A stretch of 36,422 bases of DNA from Hydrurus foetidus (taxonomy: Eukaryota): positions 1 through 36,422 of the forward strand of contig UYFQ01000499.1 of assembly GCA_900617105.1 (NCBI GenBank), written 5' to 3'. Both the position numbers and the translations under genes were made by a program. Positions 1 through 10,636 of this stretch are shown one piece after another. The notes under the pieces are model-generated. The model did no database searches, was not told where the DNA came from, and saw nothing but the letters and a program-made list of their open reading frames with translations. Every line of letters begins with the position of its first letter. Positions within the stretch are counted from its first letter, which is position 1.

Positions 1-36
1 GATGAGTATCATTCGAGTGCGTACAACATAGCACTG

Positions 37-600
37 ATGGGTGTGTCTGTCTGCGCATGTGTGATAAGCGGCGTCTGGTGTATACCGTCTGTGGTAGACT
101 GGTATACACCGTCTGAGGCCAGTGAGCCGAAGATAGCGGACTGTCCTGGTTGGGCAATCTTCACATGCGCAAGAAACAGCCCCGTAGTGTTGATTGGTGT
201 GTTATTTATGGGTGTGACTGTCTGTGCATGTGTGATAATGAGTCGAGTGTGTACTGTCGTGGTCGTGTGGCCCAGTACACGCTGTGACGGCTGATTTCAC
301 ATGCACAAGAAACAGCCCTGTAATGTATGAATGCAGTCTATGCACTTGTGACAAGCTTGATATGACAAGCCTCTGATTGTACTTGTGTTGTAGCACCTTG
401 CACTGTCTACGGCACTTGTGTGTAGCCGTAGAAAAGGCCCGACTGCTACAGTGAGTTGCAGTCCTGCCGTCATGTGGACGGTAGAAAGCTCAGTGCATTG
501 TATATGTGTGGGCTATATCCGCGTGGTATACTGTATCTGTCAGGATACCACGCGACTATAGCCCTCGTAAGGGCACACGCACACGAGTGCAAGCCCTTAC
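37..600 (+). other. Hairpin-dense segment, candidate structured RNA of unknown class
   Basis: About 10 stems read directly, e.g. 52-61/162-171, 77-86/101-110, 223-232/298-307, 247-256/273-282, 399-405/491-497 enclosing three hairpins, 510-529/545-564, 567-574/593-600. G-U wobbles favour the + strand. Confidence 0.45.
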
Positions 601-1357
601 CATAATCATATAAGAGAGCGGAGACGACTCTACCTTTCTAAAGCGCGATGGCTGGCCATCCCGGCGGAAGGGTCACACAGAAACGTTGGGTTAGTGCGAG
701 GACAATATCAGCGCCAGCCGTGTCAGCGCCAGCCGTCTGCAGAGGCATTTACCGTGCAAGATGGTTAAGAGCCATCTGTGCTCGTACGTACGACTGGATC
801 TATTGTGCTATCCGGATATTTCCACTTGACCCTGGAGGGACATAGCACTCCTCCTACAGCGTTTGACGCATTCGAGAGAGACATGGCAATTGCTCTGCAA
901 TATCTGCGTGGTGTGGGGCACGTACTCACGACCCGTACGTACACAAACACTTGGGGATACGAGACATTCGGAACCCCTCCACTGGAAGACTTTCTTTTCG
1001 TACACAACGCGACAACGTACGACTGGAAGATCACCTTTTCTGTCAAGGTCTGGTCCTTATCCGGTGCTGACTGCGTGCTGCGATAAAATCAATGCGGAGG
1101 CATGTTCAGCCGGAACCCTACGGTCTGCCCTGTCTAGCGACCCCCTTATTACGGTGCCGCTTATAAGTTACAAGCAGCAGCACAACATAGAGGATAAACT
1201 GCAATATCTTTCTCGTTATCAACGGTGTAAGCGTATTTTAAAAACGAAACGAATAAGCTAGGGAAGTAGAGTGACCCGATGTGTCTATGGGGGGCGTACT
1301 GGACCGGGAAGGGGACGAGCATTTTGGCTGATTGGAGAAGGTGGGGCAGGGGATGCT

Positions 1358-1505
1358 GTACAGTGCAGTACAGTGCGGCACAGTATAGTGTAGTGTAGTA
1401 CAGTGTAGTGGAGTGCAGCACAGTACGGTAGAGTGTAGTGCACCACAGTGTAGTGCACTACAGTACAGTGCGGCACAGTGAAGCGCAGCATAGCGTGGTG
1501 CAGTG
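1358..1505. repeat. Degenerate pentamer microsatellite (AGTGY/AGTAC-like)
   Basis: 5-bp periodicity: tacagtgcagtacagtgcggcacagtatagtgtagtgtagtac... Confidence 0.85.
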
Positions 1506-2285
1506 GCTGCCCAGCGCAAGCCTTCAACAAGTGCTAGTGCGTGACATACGTTGGAGTAGCCGCTTGGGTTCGAGCTAGCCGCTTGAATCGGACAGAGCGC
1601 GACCTCAGGATAGAAGATTTGACTTCCGCACAGAGTGGGCGCCACCGAGGACAACTGCAGGGCAGAGGGTGTTTCGCGGCGGGGTATCATGACTTAATGA
1701 CCTGAGCATGATAGCGAGAAGTCACATGTGCAGCGGAGACCACTGTACAAGACAACCAGCAGCGCCCTAGGTTGTGGTGGGTGAAGGGCTTATCTGGGTC
1801 CACGGTCCATCCTATTCCAGCGCAGCCGACTGAGTCAGCGGCTACGCGGATAGGGTGGGTGGACAATAGTAGGCGCGCGAGTGACGCCACCTGTAGGGCA
1901 ATTCACAAGAATTAATTAGTAGCCCATTATCACGAGTACCTATCCGGTTTAAGGGTTCTTTAAAGGCTAACCCCTTAACCGGGAGGTACGGTATCTTATG
2001 GCCGGATAGCGGCGAGAATACGGAGGAATAGAATCTTTTACTTCAGTCTCATCATCGATCTTATCGGGCGTGACACACGGTGGCATAATTTTGCCTTTAG
2101 AAATATGTACGTTGATGCCATTCTGCAGACTCTTCGCTACAACAACCGAGTTCTTCAAATCCAGCAGTTTTCGTCCTCTTTGTCTGAGGATTACTAATGG
2201 GATAAGTCTTCTTCTCCTCCTCACGACCGAACTTGGTGACTCGAGGCATGATATGCAATACTTTCGGTACCGATTGCGCGACAAC

Positions 2286-2503
2286 TGTAGCCATATGCCA
2301 TTTAGTATGGCATTATGAGCTTCTAGGACTATCGGTCTACAGATCGGTCTACAGGGTCGTAGGCTTCCAGCCTCACCCTTACAACGTGTACTCTGCTATC
2401 ATCTAGCTAGTCCACGTAGAAGTTACCCTAGCTACGGCTTTCCCCTGTAACTAAGACTTCAGCTCCTCTCCTTTCCTTTCTCTCTTTTGCCATTCGGACT
2501 ACA
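2286..2503 (+). repeat. 5' LTR of element A
   Basis: Direct repeat of 10637-10854; TG...CA ends. Confidence 0.97.
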
Positions 2504-2514
2504 ATAGATCTATT
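2503..2514 (+). promoter_or_regulatory. Palindromic site at the PBS position of element A (AATAGATCTATT)
   Basis: Perfect 12-bp palindrome starting at the last LTR base; no TGG-type tRNA complement; same geometry in element C. Confidence 0.7.
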
Positions 2515-3074
2515 CCGTCCACTCTTCTTTAGCTAATACCTCCGACTTCTACCTCTCCTTCCCGATACGCCACCTCCAGATCCCAGCCTCTGTCAACAGA
2601 GACGCGGACTCGAGTGAGCCTTCGTGGATTAGTCTTATTGTTACTTTAAATCCATCTCAGCGATTAAGTTCGTCTGCAGACGATTTCTTCGGGGATTTTC
2701 ATCGAGACCAGTTTCGTCGGTTTAACTACCACGACTTGGAGCCTCGAAGCTTTCGAGCTTGTGCACTTTCTAGGTAATTCTAGATCGTTTTGCACGATTA
2801 CCAAGGGTTAGTGAGCAACGTTAAATCGTTTTCTCGCCTCAACTGTGCTTGGTTGGCTTTAAATAGCTGTTCTCACCGAGATTTTCGACGCGTCGAAAAT
2901 CTCGACTTCACACCATCTAACTACTTCGTTTCTGACTGCCTGCTGTTGTTTTCAAGGTTTTCTACCTTACAACACAGGGGGGAAACTCTGGCAAAAATTT
3001 TTCCAGAGTTAACTCTCTTCAGAAAAGTTTTGACAGTAATATCTCTTACACTATATCAAGCTTAATTGCTTGAT

Positions 3075-3930
3075 ATGTCGAGCGGCTCTTCTAACACTGA
3101 TCCCACCTCGGGAATATTGCGAACTCCTGATGGCTTTCAAACAGCATCGGGTAGATTGCGTCAACAGCAATCACAGTCGAGTAATTCTTCGACAAATCAA
3201 CGCTCAGGTTCATCACCGATAGCAATTGATAATCGTCGTTCGCAGGGTTCATTACCTGACAATGTACGTCGCCCTCAGTCTTCGACTGTTCAATTACAAC
3301 AACCTTTGTTCGTATTGAAAGGGCCGCACATCTCTCCTGAAGAGGCTGTTCTGTTTAAGACACAGGCGATACGTGTCCCTGACATCGGATCGTTTACGCC
3401 AAGAACAAACGCGGGTCAGTTGCGTCAACAACGATCGTAGTCCAGAGTTATTTCTCTTCTATCGCATAACGCGCTTAATTGCTACTTATCGGGGATGTTT
3501 CCCAAGGGATATACTCCACCAAAGCTCTTCTTCATGAAGAATTCATCGTCGACATGCGCCTTCGCATTGAGCGCCATGCTTTCGACAAGAGCAATCGTCA
3601 AACCTTCTATTGCATTGCAAAAGGGTTTGTTCGAAGGTGTGATGTCACTCCGTACAGCTCTCAGCTGGAAGCTTTGAAGGCAGAACCCTTCTTACTAGAC
3701 CAGACTGTATGACTCCGTACCACGCGTGTTATCAGACCTTCCTGGCTTTATCCCATAACTCGAATCGGGGACTTTTTATTAAACTGTGTAGTCCACTTTT
3801 AATCCCCTAACGCACAAGGTGAAGGGGCGATTCGAACCAACGATCTGTTCGTTGCGGGTTGATCCCAGGCAGCTAACCACTTAAGCGATAGCTGGTTCGT
3901 GCTTTTCATGAAAATTGTAAGCCTTTCAAT
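3075..3930 (+). pseudogene. gag: gag remnant of element A (stops/frameshifts, cut by the Harbinger-group insertion)
   Basis: First ORF after the 5' UTR; LFVLKGPHISPEEAVLFKTQAIRVP aligns by eye with IFILRGDYITRQDAEEFYEQAQRLP in the equivalent ORF of element C. Confidence 0.7.
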
Positions 3931-4129
3931 AGAGTGTTTCCGCAAAAACGTTTTGGGCACTGGACACCACCGAAAAAAAAAGTTAGCCCAAAACTTTTCA
4001 AAAAAGCACTCTGAGAAATCGGCCACCGTCACTGAAGCCTCAGAGATTTTGAAATTTATTTTTGTCGAACGTGCACCTGCGCAACGAGGCTCATAGAGAG
4101 TCAGAAATCCAATCTTTTCGAGTCGGAAA

Positions 4130-4903
4130 ATGGACAGCAGCTCAAGCGAGGATGTGCCGAAGGCCAAGAAGGTCAGGGCCACGATAAATTGGACTGACAC
4201 AAAACTCGAGGCTTGCCTACAGCAGGTCAAGGTCAGCAAATGCCATACAGGCAAGGGGCTCACTGCAAAGTACGAGCTTGTGGCATCGATTTTAAATGCC
4301 AAAAATGAACACTTCAAGGATAGCGTCTTAACTGGGCCTAATCTCAAAGCAAAGGTTGATAAAGCAGTCATCAACTATGAGGGAAAGTTTCTATCCATGG
4401 AGGCAAACAAATCCGGATTTGAGGGTGACCGCGACGATGAGAAGAACTACACATCGATAGAGCTCCTCGCAAAATCTCTATATCAGGACATCAAGAAAGA
4501 CGAGGAATCGAAAGTAGCCGCGAAATCAGGCTTGGATGACCTCAGCAAACAGAAGGCAGGATTGGAGGCTTCTGCGTTGGGGCTTTCAAATCGGCCCATG
4601 AAAGCCGCAATCAGTCGGACATCACCCTCTGACAGATCCTCTCGAGAACAGGAGAGCAGAGCCTCCACGATTAACACACCTGTTCCAGCCGAAGATCCTA
4701 TGGGCTTATTCCTCGAAAGCTTCGCGAAATCAAAGACCCAGGAGGCAACAATCAGTATGCAGCGTTGGGAAGAGGAAAAAAGGGTGGCAAATATTCGTGA
4801 GGCGATGGCAGAGAGAAACATGCTTTTGGAAGAAAGGAAGTTAAAGCTCGCTGAGGATAAGCTACAGTATGATTTATTACTACTGAAATCTCAAAACCGG
4901 TGA
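4130..4903 (+). CDS. Myb/SANT-like DNA-binding accessory protein of the Harbinger-group element (257 aa)
   Basis: Intact ORF inside the TIRs; INWTDTKLEACL...KYELVASILN...LTGPNLKAKV trihelix-like pattern and C-terminal coiled coil. Confidence 0.75.
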   Translation: MDSSSSEDVPKAKKVRATINWTDTKLEACLQQVKVSKCHTGKGLTAKYELVASILNAKNEHFKDSVLTGPNLKAKVDKAVINYEGKFLSMEANKSGFEGDRDDEKNYTSIELLAKSLYQDIKKDEESKVAAKSGLDDLSKQKAGLEASALGLSNRPMKAAISRTSPSDRSSREQESRASTINTPVPAEDPMGLFLESFAKSKTQEATISMQRWEEEKRVANIREAMAERNMLLEERKLKLAEDKLQYDLLLLKSQNR

Positions 4904-4948
4904 ATGATCGACTTAAATTTTGAAGTATACTTATACGATATTAAATGA

Positions 4949-6227
4949 TTAATGAAGCCACTCCTCAATACTTGGCGGAGTGCAACTAAAAAAATTTGAT
5001 GTTTTATTTTCATTCAAGCACACATAACAATTACGTAGTATCATCGCTGTAACAAAAGTTTCTCTAACTGGAGTTTTTAAAAGTTGTTGTTTATTGGAGT
5101 AATCAACGAAAGGGAACAGTGTTTTAATTTCACCATAATGCCACTCAACATGCTCCCTACAACTGCTCATTACTCTGTTCTCTAATCGCTCAATTTCAGT
5201 GATATCATCACCTTTGTATCTAGAAAGTAAACACGATATCCATGGGAAAATTGAGTCACCGTACATTTTGAACAAATCATCAGGATTAATACCATAGTCT
5301 GTCTGAACTCTCTCCAGCTTTGAATTAATATCACTATTTGCCAACCAAGTGAGGTCACTGTGTCTAGAAGATTCGCCACTTGAAGCAAAATAAAGTCATG
5401 CCGCAAGGAGATTCTACAGTACCATACTTCATCCCACAGTCAGCGAGCCACCCGTTGTAGAAGACCCTTTGCAACCACCCTGCTGGGTCTCTTCTCGCTG
5501 CATCAGGACCGTCCATCGCCGGTCCAGAACCAGGACGAGAGATAATCTGATTGCAGCAATCTGTTACCATCGCGATACGAAATTGATCTGGCACGAAATT
5601 AAGCTGACCGCCTGAAAGTGCTACAGCTTTTGATCGAATGGCCTCCGCGAACCTCCCAAAATGCGGCACCCAGAAATTCAAGTTGTCGTACAGTCGCCAT
5701 CCGTGCTTGCGTTCCATCCATGTTACGAAGTATGAAAAGACTTGAGATAGCCACGTGTGACCACGATGGAATATTCTCTCGAAATCTTGCAAGCGCGCGA
5801 CTGAGGTAATTCTGGTTAAGCCGACTAAAAAGAGCTCCTCTCCACTGCACGTACGCCTCGAAGGCATCACTATCTTTGCTGGAATATTCAGGGAATTATA
5901 TAATCTCACCAACTGCTCTGTGCTCCGAAATCGAAATGTGCTAGGTATCTCGATTGAAGAAAAGGACAAAATTGTGACTCGAGGGTGGATAACTCTATCA
6001 GGCTGCATCACCGCAACTTCCTCGGTTAGTCTGCTGTAAAATATCATCGATATGACGATCAACTCTTCCATTTCTGCTTTGGTGGGGTTGTCATCAACAG
6101 CAGCAAGAATAAGTATCAGCTGCTTGATTCGCTTCAAGTCCCTATTAGCAATCCGTTTCTCTTTGCATGTCATCCCGAGATATCTCCTGTGCAAAGAATA
6201 GGCTTTGATGGACTTTCTCTTCACCAT
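4949..6227 (-). pseudogene. Harbinger-type DDE transposase with one +1 frameshift
   Basis: Motifs VTDCC, FYNGW, RHSD, YGDSIF, REHVEWHYG; removing one base from the A run at 5387-5390 joins ORFs 5364-6227 and 4949-5344 (MTLF-ASSGESSRHSDLTWLANSDIN). Confidence 0.88.
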
Positions 6228-6639
6228 CGCTTTGACATTTGATTATCAGTGTCGTCAGCCGATAGTGGAAGATACTGACGTTCTAAGCTTGACAAATACT
6301 TCTTTGCCAACGAAAATTCGATTTCTCTCCGCGGAAACACAGATTCTCAAAAGTTTTGTGTAGAGGGGCGCGGTGCACAAAATTTTCTTGCGGAAACACT
6401 CTAATACCGTTATTGGGCATTGTAACATACTCTGCGTACATAATCGTACGGGAGTCAATTTTCGTGTCGGTGTACATATATCTCGAAAATGCACACCGGA
6501 TTATAAATATATATATTTATTTATTTTTTTTTCAAAAAAAATTAATTTTTTTTTTTTTCGAAGTGATATGCAAAATTAAAGTAATTGCATCACAATTGAA
6601 TCCAATGCTTTACATCTTTGCTATACTTCACTTATACCT

Positions 6640-9600
6640 TTGGTTGTGTGTAGTGGCTTAGATCGTACTGGCTATAGTAATAATACTGTAATCGATATAG
6701 GTATTAATTTCAAATCGATAAATAACGTATGCCATACCATATATTTGACTGTAAGGGTCAAACAATCGTCGCTCATAGACTTAATTATTGGCAGAGTCTC
6801 TTTAAATAAATACTCGTTTTTTAAATTAACTCCTTTCGCTCTTGGGATAAGTGAGGAACACGAACCGATTTCCTCGGCAAGTTCCGATTGCACAGCGTGC
6901 GACGAACTACCTGATGTCGAACCATTACTTTCGCAACGGTTCACAAAAATATTATCCAGTGATAAGATTAATAAAAATTTGATAAAAAATTCAAATATCT
7001 TACCTATTGAAGAACAGTCAGTTGTAACTCAACTTTTTTTCTACTTCTAATATCCTAAGGGACTTCGGACAACCTACAACCGAAGGGGAAAGACTGACTA
7101 TCTGTGGTCACTCATGTTGTTCGTCCGGGACAGGGTCCTGTCCGGCATTATTGGAATTAGCTACTCCAGAGGCCGGCTGTGAGAGGGGTCGGGCAGTTCA
7201 TGGGAGTATCGTTCACCCTGAACTGACTCGTGACGGTGATACACCTCCCGAAGATGGATTAGATTACATCCCTCCGACACCAGGGTTTCTTAACGACGAA
7301 ACGCATGACACTTTAGGCCACTCGCCAAGTGTTGTCATTATCAGTAACGATGAGATTGACAGTGAGAAAACCGATACTTTCGGACCTTTCCTCCAAGGGA
7401 CTAGCCCTGATTTACCGCCCGACAGTAACGGGTCAGACAAGTTTCTTGACGAAATAACTTTCGTTGGTATGGAAGACCAAATAATTGCAATGAAACTTCT
7501 CTGCTTAGAGTTTCGCGACTTGTTCAGCAATAAAATTGCAACTCTACCAGCTAAACTAGATCCGTTTAGACTGGATGTGAGGGAACAAGAATGGGAAATA
7601 TCCGCAAACCGGACCCCGGTCCGACCCCAATCATCTCGTAAAGAGATTGAAATAAAAAGCCTTAGACGAGATGCTTTCATTAGGTATCATCGAATCTTCG
7701 AGTGCAGTCTATTACAGTCACCCTGTAGTAGTACAAAAGACAGCTGATACGTATCGATTCTGCATCGATTACAGACTCTTAAATGCGTGCATGCAACCAG
7801 CTAGTTTTCCGCTACCGAATATTCGGGGTCTTTTTGAACGCATTGGCCGTCACCAAGCCGATATTTTCGGTGTAATGGACTTAACTGCCGGTTACCATCA
7901 AGCTCCGCTTTATGAACCACATCGCCATTTTACGGCATTCATATGCTATGCAGGCATATTCCATTTTACTAGACTCCCCTTTGGACCTAGGTGTGCTCCC
8001 TCTTACTTCCAAGAGCAGATGGCCACCAAAGTCCTTCGCGGTCTCATATATATGATATGCGAAATATATCTTGACGATATAATTATATATGGCCGGGGAT
8101 TTGCAGAGTTTCTTAGTAGACTGAGAGAGATATTTTTACGTTTACGTGAATTTCGCATTTTGCTTAAAGCAAAGAAATGCAAATATGGTTGTAAAAGCCT
8201 AGAGTATGTTGGTCGTACAATCTCAAAAGACGGATTATCCATGTCTGAGACAAAAATTGAGTCTATACTCAACTTTCCAAGACCACAGACTTTAACAGCA
8301 CTTCGCTCGTTACTGGGTCTTGCGAACTATTTTAGAGGATTTGTACCAAATCACTCTACTATAGTCGCACCTTTACAGAGATTAGTTGATTCTAAAGCTC
8401 ACAAAAAATCACCAATTATTTGGACACCTAGTGCTATACTAGCATTCCAACACGTAAGAGTGGCTATATCAAGATGCCCTCTAATGTATTTTCTTGATGA
8501 AAAGTCAACTATTAAGTTATACACTGACGCATCAGATTATGGAATCGGTGGTGTGTTAATTCAAGTTGTTAACAATGGAGACCTATCGCTTTCATTAGCA
8601 AGTCACTTTCTGCAACACAATTAAAATGGTCCACGATACAAAAAGAAGCTTATGCTATCTATTACTCGTGTCAACAACTTGATTCTTTAATTAGAGATCG
8701 AGAGTTTGAAATACATACCGATCACAAAAACATTACATATATGAAACAAACACCAACGTCAATGGTGTCACGGTGGTTTATAGCTTTACAAGAATTAAAT
8801 TTCAAAGTTATATTTGTGAAGGGCACACAAAATCAGCTAGCAGACGGTCTATCAAGACTTTGTCCCAACATAGCTAAGTTAGCTTTACCGTTCACACCGG
8901 TAGCTACTAGCAATAATGAAATAGTATTATCTGCACTGACAGTTATACCTGAACCTAATCCAGAACAACTTGAATGGATGGAACAATGTCACAACGCAAT
9001 AGTGGGACATGGTGGTTCTTCTAGAACTCTTACCAAACTTTTCAGTTTAGGTCATGCATGGAAGTATATGCGACAGCACGTACGTATGTTCATTGCATCT
9101 TGCCCATGCTGTCAAAAGATGAGCATGATAAAGGTACCGGTTGAAGTTCAACATTATGTGACTTCTTCTAACCGACCTTTTGACGTCGTGAATATCGATT
9201 TTATCGGGCCATACCCAGACGATTCATACGTTCTTGTTATTATTGACACATTTTCTAAATGGATTGAACTTTTCCATTGCAAAGATGCCACTGCTAAATC
9301 AGCATGTGAGGCACTCTTGCAACATTTTGGTCGCTACGGCGCTCCCAATATGATTAGATCTGACAAAGGTTCTCATTTCGCAAACGATTTGATAAAAGAG
9401 TTTCTTGTTTTAACAGGTACTCCACACAACCTTACATTATCTTATTCTAAACAAGAAAATGGGGTAGTTGAACGTGCTAACAGAGAAGTCAACAGACATC
9501 TTCGCGCATTAACTTTCGAAACTAATGATGTAAATAACTACAGATTAAGTCTTCCATTTGTACAAAGAATTATAAATAGTTCTATACACGAAACTACAGG

Positions 9601-10239
9601 CGTAGCACCTGCTAGTATGTTGTTCGGGAATCAAGTAAATCTTGATAGAGGTATTCTTATACCCAATCCGGTAATTCGAAACACTGAAAAGAGCTCAGCT
9701 CTTATATCTAATATGTTATACATACAAGATCAAGTAATGCTAAATGCAATTGCAAAAGTAACACTAGCAAAAGCAAGACATTTAGTGAAAAATGCCAAAC
9801 CATTGACTGTATTTCCAGTTGGTTCATATGTTTTAGCAAAGTATGCTGTGGGGCCACCCACTCGTTTACACACTAAATGGCAGGGACCATTTCAGGTCAT
9901 TTCGTATATCGATTCAGAATACACATTACTTAATTTAGTGAATAAATCTGAACGAATTACCCATGCAAGTAATCTGAAGCAGTTTATTTTTGATCCTTCA
10001 AGAACATCTGCTCCAGATATTGCTAGACGGGATTATATGGAATTCTTTGTTGAATCCATTGTAGAACATCGTGGAGACACAAAACGATTAAATTCGCTGT
10101 TTTTAAAGTAAAATGGCTCAATTACGATGATTCACATAATTCATGGGAACCATGGAATGCATTAAGAACATGCGACAAACTACACGATTATCTTCGTTCA
10201 AATCAAAAGCTCAAGAAATTGATGCCTAAAAACTTCTAA
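6640..10239 (+). pseudogene. pol: pol of element A: partial protease, RT, RNase H, integrase, chromodomain; frameshifted
   Basis: IDLIIGR (protease C-term), RFCIDYR, DLTAGYHQ, LPFG, YLDD, TDASDYGIG, H-X4-H...CPCC, DFIG/SDKG/ERAN, KWQGPF, then FFVESIVEHRG...KVKWLNYDDSHNSWEP; frame breaks near 7655, 8575 and 10100; stop at 10237-10239. Confidence 0.95.
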
Positions 10240-10251
10240 ACATTAATTTGT

Positions 10252-10356
10252 TATTATGATGTGGTATCTTTTGAAGATTTTTTAGCCTAATTTTTTGCCC
10301 TCTGGGTTTTTATGGTTTTTTAGTCAGTAAGAATCTGACATACCCACATCATAATA
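10252..10356 (+). promoter_or_regulatory. Conserved structured 3' UTR element (ENE-like multi-way junction) of element A
   Basis: 13-bp closing stem 10252-10264/10344-10356; internal motifs shared with element D at 36317-36413 on the minus strand. Confidence 0.65.
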
Positions 10357-10619
10357 TATGTTATTTTGTACATACATTAATTTGTATTGATTTACAAAAT
10401 AAACTTATTTCCACGACCACTCCCGACTCTCTTTAAATTTTGTTATTTTGTTAAATTTCGTTTTACTATTTTATATTGAAATCTTTTCTTTTTCTTGTAT
10501 ATTTCTGTAATCGAATTACTTTTCATGTAAATATGTTAGTATCATTTTTAAATTTTATCTTATTTTTAAAAAAAATATAGCTTAATTAGAGATAAGTGGG
10601 AGTAGGGTCATTCTCTGTG

Positions 10620-10636
10620 GAGATAAGTAGGAGTAG
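10620..10636 (+). promoter_or_regulatory. Polypurine tract of element A (GAGATAAGTAGGAGTAG)
   Basis: Abuts the 3' LTR; near-copy at 10589-10605; 16/17 identical to the PPT of element D. Confidence 0.9.

Larger units (their letters stand above)
3931..6402. mobile_element. PIF/Harbinger-group (PHIS) DNA transposon with two convergent genes, nested in element A
   Basis: About 30-bp imperfect TIRs, first 15 bp perfect (AGAGTGTTTCCGCAA at 3931; TTGCGGAAACACTCT ending 6402); 3-bp TSD AAT (3928-3930, 6403-6405); DDE transposase plus Myb/SANT-like ORF. Confidence 0.93.

Noticed and set aside
112..135. Hammerhead-like CTGAGGCCAGTGAGCCGAAG
   Set aside because: Lacks the CUGANGA and GAAA core and matching stems I/III.
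223..307. Box C/D snoRNA reading (TGATAA...CTGA inside a terminal stem)
   Set aside because: C box is imperfect and the sister unit has no D box at the same position.
37..320. CRISPR-like repeat-spacer array
   Set aside because: Only two units, unequal and self-folding inserts, eukaryotic context, no cas genes.
663..695. RNase P/MRP-like words GGCGGAAGGGTC and ACAGAAACG
   Set aside because: They are adjacent, leaving no room for the RNase P fold; treated as chance.
1161..1690. His/Cys/Tyr-rich minus-strand ORFs
   Set aside because: Translations of the pentamer microsatellite.
10265..10342. Type I hammerhead reading of the 3' UTR junction (TTGAAGA as CUGANGA)
   Set aside because: No GAAA before the third stem in either copy; kept only as an unclassified ENE-like structure.
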